Below, one piece after another: positions 25,001-37,800 of a stretch of 64,000 nucleotides of DNA. The DNA comes from Strigamia acuminata. Lineage: Eukaryota. The stretch's first letter is position 1; each line of letters opens with the position of its first letter. The position numbers were made by a program, and so were the translations under genes. The notes beneath the pieces were generated by a model. The model ran no database searches. It was not told the DNA's origin and saw nothing but the letters and a program-made list of their open reading frames with translations. The stretch is from positions 19,034,001-19,098,000 of the forward strand of contig OX442314.1 of the NCBI GenBank assembly GCA_949358305.1, read 5' to 3'.

Positions 25001-25740
25001 TTTGGCTAAGTTTTCTGGGCTTTTCATTTAAATTTTGTCGAAGAAATTTTTCTTTTAGTACAAATTTGAATTAGTGAAGCTCACCATCTTTTTTTTCACA
25101 CAATGGCTTCTTAAAATCAATTAACTACATCAACATTGAACTTAAAAAAGAAAATGTTTTTGTTAAATTTTCAACGTTCTAATAAAGTAGAAAAACTAAA
25201 TTAGACACAAACTTTTATCTCACCGCTTCAAGAAACTCCACTTCCTCTGATTGAAACAAATCACTTTTTCTATTCTAAAAAACACGAAGAAAAAGAATGA
25301 GAATAAAAAAAAGTCCCCCCCAACTTCGAAAAGCACACACACTTGTGCCTAGGCTTAAAATGACACAATTATGGAGGAGAATAGAAGGGGAGGGATACAA
25401 AACAAGACCTCCTCAAAGAGAAGGAAGAACTCCAAAGAAGAACTGCGCAGCTGCTCACTAGATTTAAGCCCCCAAGTTCACTCAAAATGATCAGTAGACC
25501 ATGGACCACTCAATACACCTACGGGATTTCTATTGACAAGCTTCCTAAGTAAACATCACATTTCTACACTTCCATTTCAACTCTTGTTAGTTATGGTTTA
25601 TAAGAAATAGAATTTAAAAAAAGTAAAAAAAATAAATTCTCTGAGGATATAGATTGGTACGTAGAAAGAAACATCGGCCAACAAATCAATAAATAAACAT
25701 TTGTACTAGTAATAACAAAATGAGCATTTAAAATAAATAC

Positions 25741-25915
25741 TAGACGCATTCACAAAGTATTTTAAACTAAACAGCATTTTAAACAGCCTCTCTGAATCTA
25801 ACTTCAAAAATGGCGGCCTATTTAGTCTATTTCCAGTCTCACTGAGCATGCGCACGACATTTAAAGACGAAACATGTTTAACTGCAAGTTGTGCGTGCAT
25901 TTATGAATACGTCTA
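25741..25915 (+). mobile_element. MITE family B copy 1 (possibly PIF/Harbinger-like)
   Basis: TIRs TAGACGCATTCACAAA / TTTATGAATACGTCTA; shares AGCATTTTAAACA, ATCTAACTTCAAAAATGGC (25796-25814) and GACATTTAAA...AAACATGTT with 47522-47692. Confidence 0.7.
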
Positions 25916-25916
25916 T

Positions 25917-26030
25917 TACCGTGTTTAGATGTCCTCAGTTACAGACTTATTCGAAAAACTAAATTCCAGTTGTACAAGGTAGATTTTGGGCGTTTTGCGC
26001 ATTGAAAACTCCGTGTAAACACCTGTGCAT
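25917..26030 (+). repeat. Dispersed repeat family C copy 1 (boundaries approximate)
   Basis: AGGTAGATTTTGGGCGTTTTGCGCATTG (25977-26004) is identical to 45641-45668; both copies are preceded by AAAACTAAATTCC and bracketed by TGTTTA / TAAACAC inverted motifs. Confidence 0.7.
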
Positions 26031-26713
26031 GCGTTAAAGTGCCATACCGACTGTAACATTGTGTACCCCTTATTAAAAATGGCACCAATTATAAACAAAA
26101 ATGATATATTCCTTTGTTTTATAGCAAATTTTAATGTTTGTTGATTTTGCTGATCAAACATGCCTCTCGAATTGAATCTCTGTCACCTAAAATTGGAATC
26201 TTGATATTCAATATTTGCCATAAGAGAAAAAGATCCGATTCCGACGTACTTTTTGTCCGTCTGTTTGTCCTCCAATTTCCACTGACCCCCTAAAACTCAG
26301 GACTTTTGCTCCAGTGAGCATATACTGTGACCCTAAAGCTAAATAAAATTCCAAAAAAATCTCTGCGCCATATTAAAAATAATAGGATAAAAAAAATAAA
26401 AAAAAATATTAAATTGGTACAATATAAAAATATAAAAATTTAATCCACATTCTCCAAACAAGAGATAACAGTATTCCCAAAGTGAACTTGACCACAAACC
26501 CATGATTCAAGTAAATGCGACGTAAGACTATTGACTCTTCTCCTTTCTTCTTATTTCTAGGTCAGCATCAAATTTGGCCCCCCAAAACTTATCACCACCT
26601 TTGTGCTTTCCCTCCACGTTGCGATGCAATTCGACAGAAAATTGGACCAAATGTGATTCATGGCTCTGACCACTGCATTCCAACAAGAAGATGCCACTGG
26701 GCCAAGATACCCC

Positions 26714-26727
26714 GTTACCATGACAAC
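26714..26727. promoter_or_regulatory. Candidate RFX X-box GTTACCATGACAAC
   Basis: One mismatch from the X-box GTTRCCATGGYAAC; motif match only. Confidence 0.35.
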
Positions 26728-27120
26728 AGCTTCATCAGCACTTCCCAATTTCCCACTACCGTTGATATGAATCACTTCGGGAACGTGCTAAAACACTGCA
26801 TTCTTCTAAATCATAAAATTAAAGAAAATCAACTACATACGCTTCCAATGTTTTAAATTAGTCAAATCAAGACGTGTAAACACCGAGTCTGGCTTTAAAT
26901 TTATCCAATAAATTGGCCAGTAGCCGCCATTCATTATCATCCAATTAGCCGTAATGAACGACTCATTAGTAGAGTACAAGTAAATACCAATAAAAGACAA
27001 ACATGCATTGTGCATTCTTATTAAGTCTCATTAGTTATTAAAAAATAAAAAATTAAATCCTCCACTAGTAAGTCCAGGCCACAAACTTTCTCTAATATCA
27101 AGTATCCTTTAATTTAAAAT

Positions 27121-27122
27121 AA

Positions 27123-27152
<30 letters not shown>
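27121..27152. repeat. (AATA)8 microsatellite
   Basis: Eight perfect AATA units. Confidence 0.95.
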
Positions 27153-27154
<2 letters not shown>

Positions 27155-28200
27155 ACATAAATAAAAATCTATAAACACCATTTACGTCGAAAATCAACAG
27201 AATCACAATTTCTCGTTCAGTATTTGCGCTTGGTATGACAATAAACACTAAAATAACCGACAATTCCTATAAAAAGAAAAAATCTTGCTCATCGACCAAA
27301 TTACAATTTCTATATCCTATTATATAATATTTTTCTTCTTCCCACTTCTATTTTTATGATATTCATGAGACCATACATCTGAGAAGATATTCAACTTATC
27401 TCCAGGTTCAGATGAAGAAAAGAGACAGTAAAAAAATGGAGCAAATTTTAGCATCCAGTCCCTTGGTCCTTGCATTATTGATAGAGTACTAAACCTCGAT
27501 ACTACGTCAAGCCCAGTTCGAGTCACTAAAACCACGCTTTGTTGTAAAAGATAACGGAGTTTCAGCCAATAAAATGTCTCCATCCAAACGGTAGAAGTCA
27601 TAGATGTGTAAGAGCGCACTGACAATAAGACCATTGCTATTGGAAGGAGAGGGTGTCATTGCGCATATACTTCTCCTTTCCCCCATATACACACACACAT
27701 AAAAGAAATTCTAAGGAATACATTTTATTTAATAGTCAAGAATCTATATCTTCTATAATTATACTTTAAAATAATGGAAGAACAAAATTATAACCTTTTA
27801 GTTAGTCGTTTCGTTGTAAAAACGTTATAAAGCACAAAAATAGCACTCTCATTTTACGCCGTAATTAAACACTAAACGACTTTAAAAAATCCACTTCACC
27901 ATTCCAAAGATTCCATTCCCACAACATGAGTCCTGCGAAGATTCAATTGTGAGTCTAACATTTCACACTCCATACACGTCATCATAATGTTATCTAAAAG
28001 ATTTCTAAAGGTGGGAAACATTGGCGGATGTATGGTCTGCCGAGCTATGACTATAACTCTTTTTTGGGGCTTTATTCATTGAACTTACCAATGCGAAATC
28101 AATTAATTCGCATCTGCTGTATAAAAGTTTCTGATCAGTGGCGGATCAATACTGTCTGGGACCAACAGACCAGTCACAGGCATCTCCGAAGATCGAACTA

Positions 28201-28363
28201 CAGTTGCACCTCGTTATAACGAACCGCGATATAACGAATTTATTTAAAAATGGTTTGGTTGGTTGGTTGGAACACCACGTTAAAAATTTTGTTATAACTA
28301 ACTTTCGTTATAACGGATAGATTTTTCAGGTCCCTTGCGATTCGTTATAACGAGGCTCGACTG
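28201..28363 (+). mobile_element. MITE family A copy 1 (pogo/Tigger-like Tc1-mariner TIR element)
   Basis: TA|CAGTTGCACCTCGTTATAACGAA ... TTCGTTATAACGAGGCTCGACTG|TA; internal repeats of CGTTATAACG; homologous to 41489-41656 and 47704-47892. Confidence 0.85.
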
Positions 28364-28598
28364 TAGTTCCAAAACTAAACTTTTTAGCTACTCAAATGCA
28401 ACGATTTCAAAATTATTATTTTGCATTTAAATTTTAGGCACAAAAGTTCATTTTTAAAATTATTTTATTCACTAAACCATTGCAGGTGGAAAGAGAGATA
28501 TATGTAAGCAAAAAAATGCTCTTTATTGGGTGAAAAAATTCATTTCTGACAAAATAATAAAACGCCGGGGCCCTTCGCCTTTTTTTCACACCCTATAG

Positions 28599-28865
28599 CA
28601 AGAATTTCCAACCCCATTTTTGCAACCCAAAGTTGGGTGGTAAGGAATTTACTTATTTAAATTCTGTTTTTAAAACACGTTGGAAAGACCGTCAGTTAAG
28701 ATCATTGAAAAGTAAACCTCAACCAATACCGGCCAAACCACGTCTTTCCAGGGATTACCGTACAAACACTGTTGGGTCGCCAGGAAACTGTTTTTCGAAA
28801 TTTTGAGTCGCCAGAAAAATGTTTCAAAATTTTGAGTCGCGAGCAAAAAAAGTTGAAAACCCCTA
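28599..28865. mobile_element. Degenerate hAT/Charlie-like MITE with internal ~29-31-bp tandem repeat
   Basis: Right end GAGTCGCGAGCAAAAAAAGTTGAAAACCCCT resembles hAT termini; degenerate left end CAAGAATTTCCAACCCC; three G[GA]GTCGC-initiated units at 28774-28843. No clean 8-bp TSD. Confidence 0.45.
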
Positions 28866-31800
28866 CAACAGCTACATGCCTAATGCCCCTTTATTCGTCA
28901 CTGTTTCTGACGTTAAATTAGTAATAAAATTTTTTTTTTAAGTGGAACAAAAGTATTTACAGTAATTACAAATGTACAGTAGTCAGAACACACAAACACA
29001 CGAGATATACAGGTTAGATATGCGTGTTTACGAGTACATGCTCCTCCACAACACAAACTCGCAGTTACCGTAAGTTACAAACCTAAAATACCCTGTCACC
29101 AACCACTCTAAAATTAAGATTTTCCAAATAGACAATTTTTTTCTTTTAAAAAAACAAAAATGGAAAAAAAAACCTTAAACCATAGAATAAAAAGTAGGCC
29201 GCTGAAGCGACTACGATAACAGTGCGCGGTTCGATTCGATTCGCATAAGAATATCCCACGTCTACTGCCAATTAATCCTCCAACCTCCATCATTCTGCAG
29301 TCACTTTTCTTGGTACCAATTTCAATTTCCCCCACCCTTCCCATTAAAGGGGGTTTGTGCAATACTAAAAAGGGGGTGGGGATCAATTCCAGTAGATTTC
29401 TAGGACCATTTCCCAGCACTTGTATTGAAATTGGATTTGAAAGCTTAGAAAGACGAGCTAACTTTCTCTCTTTCTTCCTTCTCCGAAAGAATATTTTTTA
29501 CAGCATAACACTCGGGTGCCCCCAAAAGCTATCAAATAGAACACACCTGTCTAAATGCCATGAAAAATGACTTGGTCAATGATAGCAATAGCTTTATTAT
29601 TCACTACATCTTTCAACTCAGTTGGAAATATTGTACCTATTATAATTTAACAAGAAAAAAAAATAACATCAAACAAAATATATTTTGATTAATTTAAATA
29701 TAAAAACTATTTGTATACTTTCGCACCAGGTGACTTCTCATGGATCTATAGGAGGGGGGCAACCAAATTCCCTCCAACAGGTTTTTATAGAGAACATTCC
29801 CCCTTCATAAATTTCTATGGTAATAATTTGAAATAACAGGTGGCACTTGTAATTACAATTAGTCCACCGTATACTTCTGAGTATTTTACCGAAGTAAATA
29901 ATTAAAGTACAATTTTAATATTAAAAAAAAAATAATAATCATTTTCAATTGCTGGACTAAAATCAAGGTCATAAAATGGAGATAACAAAAATGAACAACC
30001 CAGATAAGATTATTAAAATATATTAAGAATACCTCAATTTGGGTCAATTGCCTAATCAACTATTCCCTAAAACATCTTAAATCAACACAATAAATAATAC
30101 CACCCCTTAGAAAAACAAAGTAAACAACTGTGCACACATTTAAACACTAACCAGAACATCTTTGATGGATCATAAATGATCACAAAGATAAAAATATTAA
30201 TTAAAATCGTGTCTACATAACAGTTGGACGAATTAATAACTTTCCAGATTGTTAAATTAAAAAGAGAAGAAAGAAAGAGCGCCATCATTATAAATACTAG
30301 TCATTAACTGACCCCCATTTTCCCTACCACAAGGTTTTACATGCACTTGTCAAATTCTTAACAAGGCCCCTTCAAGTCTGGCAGATGTCTCAAGTACTAC
30401 TACTTTTTATTCAATTTTTTTTTTAAAATAAAAAATACCAATTCTTTTCTTTAACAGTAATTATTCCAGGTAGCCTAGTGAACTGCTGGCCCTCCAGCAC
30501 TTTGTGGTAGGAGCCTTTCATTAAGAAAACACACAATATAATTAGAGAGGGAATTGCATGAGCAAACTGGCTGACTTAGGCCCAATGTAATTGCCTATTA
30601 TCATACTAAAATTACTTCATCACAGAGAAAAAGAAGAAAAAACATCTAAATATCTTCCAACTTCCATACCAAGGTCAATAAATATGTTTTTATGATTTCA
30701 GCTATAAATTTGATTGACTGCATCGCTTTCTTAACGTTTGTGTCTACGAGAAGAGAAAAGAAAAAGAAATTCGAGTCGAGTATTTAAAATTGTTTTACTC
30801 CATAAAACTACAGTTCAAAGGCATCCTGAATAGTTTCATTACTAGAATGTGGAAAAATCCTCTAAATTGCCACCATCACCTGTGTACACCTATTTATGAG
30901 TCATGGATCTCAATTTAAGCCCGTCTTTATTGTGACAAGTGAAATTTATTCAAATATGAATGGTTATTACACTAATTCCAATTGAATATTACCATGCGTG
31001 CAGCATATTTGTGAATAAAGCAATCAAGTAGGGAGGGAACTGAAGTACAGTTGTACCAAACCCCATATTTTAAATATTTATTATTCATGATGCAATTATT
31101 GAGTATTGACAGCAATTCTCACTTTCTTGTAAACGATAAAATGTTCAATCTTTTTCTCTCCTTTCTTTTCAGATAGAAAAATAAATGACATTTACAGACA
31201 TCTCAAAAACATCTGTTGTGACTAAAAATAAATACCGTTCTCAAACTACTTACTGCAGTTCGAAAATGTCACTTTTGATGTTGAAAAATAACAAACCACG
31301 CTTCGAAAAAGAAAAGAAAAAGTATATCAACTGGAAATCAAGAATTAGTTGAAACTTTATTTTCCCGAATTCGACAACACTCGCACCAAAATGTAACGCG
31401 TGATGAAATTGATTTGCAATCCATACAATTCTGATTTATAAAAATAAGATTACTAAGCGCTATAGAATGATATATTGCTTCAGAGCACGATTACAAAGTA
31501 TCAAGCAGTTATTCTTACCTACATAAAACCCTCCCTAATGATTCACCAAATTCTATGGATCACATTACTCCCCTAGAAAATCCTCTTACTCTCTTAGTCC
31601 CTCACACTTTCCCAAAGATGCATTTTCCATGTAGTATTCTTTTCAAAATCTTGATAAATTAGTGTCCAACACCATCAAAATTCCTTACGAATTAGCAGTT
31701 CAACCTCCCAACTCTTAAATTTATTTCTTATACCACGTCTAAATATTTCTGCTTACAAACAAGAATTAGCTGCATTTTTTCTCTTTCTATTGCAGCACAG

Positions 31801-34800
31801 ATGGAAATGAATTGCTAAATTTAATTGCACCCAGCATGAAGTCATAATAAAAAATTATTTATATTCTATGTTCAGTGGTTTAAGAAAATACCCAATATGT
31901 ATACAAGAGTGCAGATAAGCTTACATTTTATTTTTTTTTTCTATCAACTCTTTTATCTTGTAGCCAATTACGCATTAACATTAAACTCAAATATATATGA
32001 CAATAATCTCTTGTTGCTGCTGATCAACATCATTCTTATTCATAAAATTATGTTCAAACCCACACATCCTCCGCCTCTTTTCTTTTTTTTTAATACACCC
32101 GTACAAGAACTTATTTCTTGTAAGCAATTTCACTTTTTGTGGGAGCAGGTGGCCAATGGAAAAAAGTTTCTATATGTACTTGTCTAGTTTTTGAATAAAT
32201 TGAATATTGGAAATTGGATTCGTACAACACAGTGGCCCAAAAAGCGTGCAACTCAATATTTACCATTGCATAGTGAATTTCAAAGGCATACATGGTATCT
32301 ATTAGCTTTTAGCAAATTGTATTTAAAATTGCCAAAATAGTATTTACCAAAATTTTGTGTGATCATCTTACAAATTCTTTCCAACGTCGACGTCATCAAG
32401 CCCTAGGTTTAGAATGCGCATGCACATATCCAATTTCACAACACTCGAAAAACTTGAATCAGTGTTCGCCATGTTTTGACTCGTGGATCAGATTGAAAAT
32501 AACAAAATCGTCACGGTTAAATGACGCATTAAACCGGAACAAAACAATCTTTATATTGTGTAAAAATAATTAATAGTTAATTTGTTCTATCCGATTTAAT
32601 TGATAACAATATTAAGTCTTGATTTTCCAATTATATTTCAGCAATATTTAACAATAATAATAAAATAAAAATAAAAATAAAAACAGTGCGAAAAAATACA
32701 CATTTTCTAACCTACAAACATGAAAAGCCCACACATTCCAACATGATGTACAATTTGGACTTAACTCACTGCCCTTAAAAATAATTTATTTCATCAATCT
32801 GCCATTGGCTAGAAGGATTATTGAAAATGGAACTTGGCTCCTTTTCAGCCAAGGACACACGCAGAAGAAACATTGAGAAACGAGGATTGCAATTTGATTT
32901 ATAGTCAAGCTTAAGACTTAGAAAGAAATGCTTCTACCCCCAAACTGCAACTCGGATCAGGCTACAGGTCAAACCAGTTTGAGACTTGCTTGTCTGTCTG
33001 TACCTACATTTATTTTTGAAACAGAGCTACCAATAAAACGTCCAGCAAACAAAGTTTGAATCATGGGAAATGGTCTTCACTACAATCCACTTTGTCATTA
33101 TTAAAGTGACATTTTGGACAAATATGAGGATATTTGTAGCTATGAATTCAAACTTACTTCCCCAAATTGAAATCCCCCTTTCTATCTCCTTTTTACACAT
33201 AATATAATTTCATTTTTATTTAAAAAAAAAAAATATTTCAGATAAAAACAATGCAAAAATCTTGAACAAAATTCTATCAATTTTATTAATTAACTTGTCG
33301 TAGCAATAAAAACCGCAAATGTATATTTAGAGTGTAGAGAGAAAAATATAAGTGTTCGCAAGTTTAATGCACTATCATTTCTTCCTCAATCTAATTAAAC
33401 TCTACTTGAAAACAAAACATTTCTCACGACATTTTTACAACTCAACAACACTTGAAATTGCCATACGACACTCTTTTAAAAAAAAAAAAGAAAAAGAGCC
33501 ACTTCAGGATTAAAAGTCATTCGATGCAGCTGAGTAGCAAAACGTTTGGAAACATCGTCCCGAAATGTCTATTTAATCTGTCATCAAATAAAATTGAACC
33601 AACAAAAAAATAGCCCAGAAAAAAAATTCTCCAGTCAAAGTGATAGATTAATATATTCACCCAGCTTTGGAATGTACTTAGCGCAAGAATTTGTGAGACA
33701 ACTCGTAGGCACCATGTTGAAAACATGGGTTATAAGTAAATCAGTTAGTGTTAAAAAAAAAAATTATTTCTCCTACCGGTAACTATTTATTTACTTATTT
33801 TTAAAAACAAAGTGCAAAACATAAATCATGAAAAAAGCTGCAGCAAAAAAACCTTTCCAGATCTTTTACCAAAATCTTCATTTATTTTCGTTTCTGAGAA
33901 AAACATTTCAATTCCCCTCTCCCGAGTGTTATTTGAACAGTCAAACTCGGTGTATGTGTATGCTCAGGATCTGTCAGCGCTTTAATTCTTTCGTGTCCAT
34001 TTTTTTCCTCACAAACTCCCAAGCGAGAAAAAATTTCGCCACAAAAAGTATGACCCTTACTCAGGCACTTGCTGTCACCTTTTCCTACACACAAATGATT
34101 GATATTTTACCACCTGTAGCTAAGACACAGACTTGTTTACACGGACATCAAAATCAAACTTTTTTATTACACCTAATAAATAAATGCAAAAGAAATAAAC
34201 TTTATACACAACACAACGTCCCAAATAAAACAAAACCAAAAACCAAACAAAAAACACATTACCATTGCAGTAAAATGTCTTAAAATACTCTTTTTCCATA
34301 TTAAACAATTAAAACATTTAAAAAAAGATATATAGACTGACAATTTAATCTGGAAAAGTGCAAACCATGTTCATGCCAGATCTGCCCTCGCCCCAAGGTT
34401 ATTCTATAACTATGCACCATCTGCACCCTTTTATGGTACTTTGATAGCCCAAATAAAAGCCAAGGAGACAAACAGTGCAATCTCCAAGAAAGAAGCCATA
34501 AGGACAATACCGGACAACTTCCCATAGGAATAGACCTCCTTCTCTATTGCTAAACCTTTTTATTCCACTAGATAAGATTCTACTTGTTCGCACAGACGAT
34601 CGTTTAACGTCAAACATAAAAAAATGAATAATAACTTCGGCTTTAATCCCTCGAGTAGCGAATAAAATTAACTAAACAACATTTCTCTAAGAAATCCAAT
34701 AAAACTTATTAAAACTCTAATTATTTCTCATTACGCGGTATAAAAAAAATCATTCATTAAAAATGTTAAATAGTGGCGAAATGAACTAATTTCTAAATGT

Positions 34801-37800
34801 ACAGAAAATTGAGACAATCTAGTTTATTTAAAAAGTCGATTAAATTTAGAATGTTGACTCTTCAAATGTTAAAACACACACACGGCTAAAATCCCTAATC
34901 TTAAAATCTTTTGTGAATAAACTCCGACCCAACAAAACTAAGCTTATGATGACATCCTTCAACTTTTATTGCCGCCAAACTTTGATCTAAGCCTAATCAA
35001 TTTAATAATAAGAGACAATAAGACGAACATTCCACATCGTGCTGTGGGTATTTTCCCTTACAGCAGTCTATTGACAATTTGATCAGTGTTACATAGCAAA
35101 CATTCCAAAAAGATGAGGGTGTTCAAAATAACCATCCCGTGATCCAGCCTCCACTTTTCCAATCAATTCATTCCACAATAACCTCTTGTGACAACAGACT
35201 TTTGTGGTAGTAGCACTCAAATTACTGAATGTTGCACCCGTAATTTATTATTTTCAATCTTTGTGCTCAAAGGAAATTAACTTTGAAAAATTCATGGTAA
35301 CAGCTGCTTCAAGGAGTTAATGAACCAATATTATGGATCTGAACTTTCTTAATGGCCAAGAAAATGAGCTGTTCACTTTCTCAACTGTTTTCTTGCCATT
35401 TACGTCTTCAATAGGCGGAAGAAAAATGTTTCTGACAAATTTCACTACTATAAAACACTATAAATCACCCATTAAAAAAAGAAAAGAAAAGAAAAGAAAA
35501 GAAAAAACCAACAATCTCCAAATTACACGTAAATTAAACCAACCAATAGCAAAATCCATTTTTTACACCCGTTTATCAATCATATCAGCATCACGTGTTG
35601 CGATCAGACCTATTTACCTAACCAAACAATAAATTATGCCCCTAAATATAATTGTCCGTGCTCACCCTACGCACATAGGTGTCTGTACACATGTCGTAAG
35701 GTGCCTGTGGCCCGCATGTCTATTACAGAGCATAGTTGAAAAAGCAAACAAGGGATGGGTAGATGATGGGATGTTCACTACATCCAACACATGATTTGGG
35801 GTGGTCTGTACGACTGATGAGCTCTCACCTACAACCCCTGGGGGGGTCAAACTTCTCGTAACCCCTCACGGCACATTTTATTTTTAAGGCTGGGCCATCA
35901 ATGTCAGTACATGAGTATTTTTAAAAATAGATATAATAGCCAATGACTTGGTGGCCGTGTCTTTCAGCACTTAATTCAATTAAAATAATTATCCAAAAAA
36001 AACAAACTACAATAGTTTCCATGAAAAAGAGGATAATTAAATTAATTTGGAACAAAACTAGAACACACCCGAGTAGTTTTCTAAACAACAACGATTTTTG
36101 TTGGCGCAAAGTGAGATCTGACATAGCGTGCGTTCAATTTGCGCCTTCAAAGGTGAATTCTTTATCTCTTTAAACTGACATTGTTTGCCAATTGATATGA
36201 CGTTATTTACAACTCAAAATAAGTCATTAATAATTTTATATCAGTAAGTCATTGTATGTAGAATGTTATTATATTTGTATCAGGCAGACGTCCGCATGCA
36301 TTGGCATGCACCCGTATTGACTCATAGGGTTGGTCAAGATTTCGCCTAATCTCGTTTTAAACAGGAGGTTTCGGTCCGGAAATCCATACAACTGATATGA
36401 CAGTAGACAGAAATGCATGTTTTCAAAGCATTAGTTTTATTCCATTCACTGTTACCAAACCTCTTGACAAAACTGATATTTTATTTTTAACCCAACAGCC
36501 TCGTTTTCAAATATTATTGATTTTTCTCATTAATTTTGCAAGTGTTGTTTCAATAACGATAAAAATTAACATAAATACTCGCGAAAAATTGTGGAAAATG
36601 AGTGAAAAATTAATGAAGACAGTAAAACTGTAAAATCTAAATGATTTAATGTGTTTAAGTGTGTTTTCGTTTATTTTATTGCAATTATGTGTTTTATTTC
36701 GATCGTGTGTTTTTTAGATTGAGTTTTGTCATTTGTTTCATTTTATATTACTCGAGGGCCGTTTTAAGTGTTGTATGCACCAAGGTCCCTGCTGACCGGA
36801 AGTGAACCCCGAATATTTGTTAGAATTTCATGTAAATCCGCGTGCTTGCCACGCGTCTCGTTTTAACCACCAAAGAAGTAAAATTGTTATTTTAACCATC
36901 CCCTTTTCACTTGCAACAATACCCATCGCTGCAACACCAGATTAATTTCTAAATCGTAAAAAAACAAGCCTCGAATAAGCTTATTACAATCCCAATTAAC
37001 AATCTCCGGTCAACTAGAAATATATATTAGAAATGAAACTGCAATATTAGTTTCACACCATCCGAAACCCAAATGACAGCTGTGAAATATCTCTATCATT
37101 CCGTTTTAGTGAACACACTTCTCTAGCATTTATAATACAAGCATCCATTAGATATAAAAATGTAAATGTATACTTTCAAATTCTCCACACGTCATGAGCC
37201 ATGTGTCTTACCTAGAATAGCGCAAATCAATTTCTCGAAATCTCGAGATGACAAATTCTTGGCGTTACAGCGCGAGACAAGTATTAAAGTCCCACCGGAT
37301 ACACTTCCGGATATGGAGATGCTTTTTGTCCCCTTTTAAATACGAAAAAATATCATCACATGAGCGATGAGCTTCTTTATTTATGATTTATGATAGGCTA
37401 GAGCACAAGTGTTTCACAAAGCACGAGTTTAAGAGATACTGCCAATAAATCACACAAATCTCTACCCCCTTTTCTTTCTTTTTAATACTACACCATGCTC
37501 CTCAAAAACATTAAACATTTAAAGTAATTCAATACCCTCATAGTATCTAATAAAACCGTCCATAAATTTTTAATTCTTAATGTTAACGTGGGATGAAAAT
37601 AACATTTAATCAGAGATCAAAAAAATAAAGAAAAAAAAAAGAAAAATTTAAGGATGAATGGGAAAATATATCAAGTTAGATTGTAATAAATAGCAAATTT
37701 TGCGATTAATTATTTACGTAGCCGCCATTGATTGATATTCACATTCTCGTCTTGAATCGTTTTTTTTTCTTTCCTCTAAAGAAAATGAGTTTTTTTTTAT

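Noticed and set aside
26240..26280. GTCCGTCTGTTTGTCC, reminiscent of DINE-1/Helentron microsatellites
   Set aside because: Too short, and no subterminal inverted repeats or hairpin could be identified.
28774..28843. Short spaced repeats resembling a CRISPR array
   Set aside because: Three near-tandem units without unique spacers, no cas genes, eukaryotic context; better explained as MITE subterminal repeats.
33828..34283. 151-aa plus-strand ORF, and similar 100-140-aa ORFs such as 39644-40057 and 62711-63109
   Set aside because: Low-complexity K/F/N/T-rich translations of AT-rich DNA with no domain-like content.
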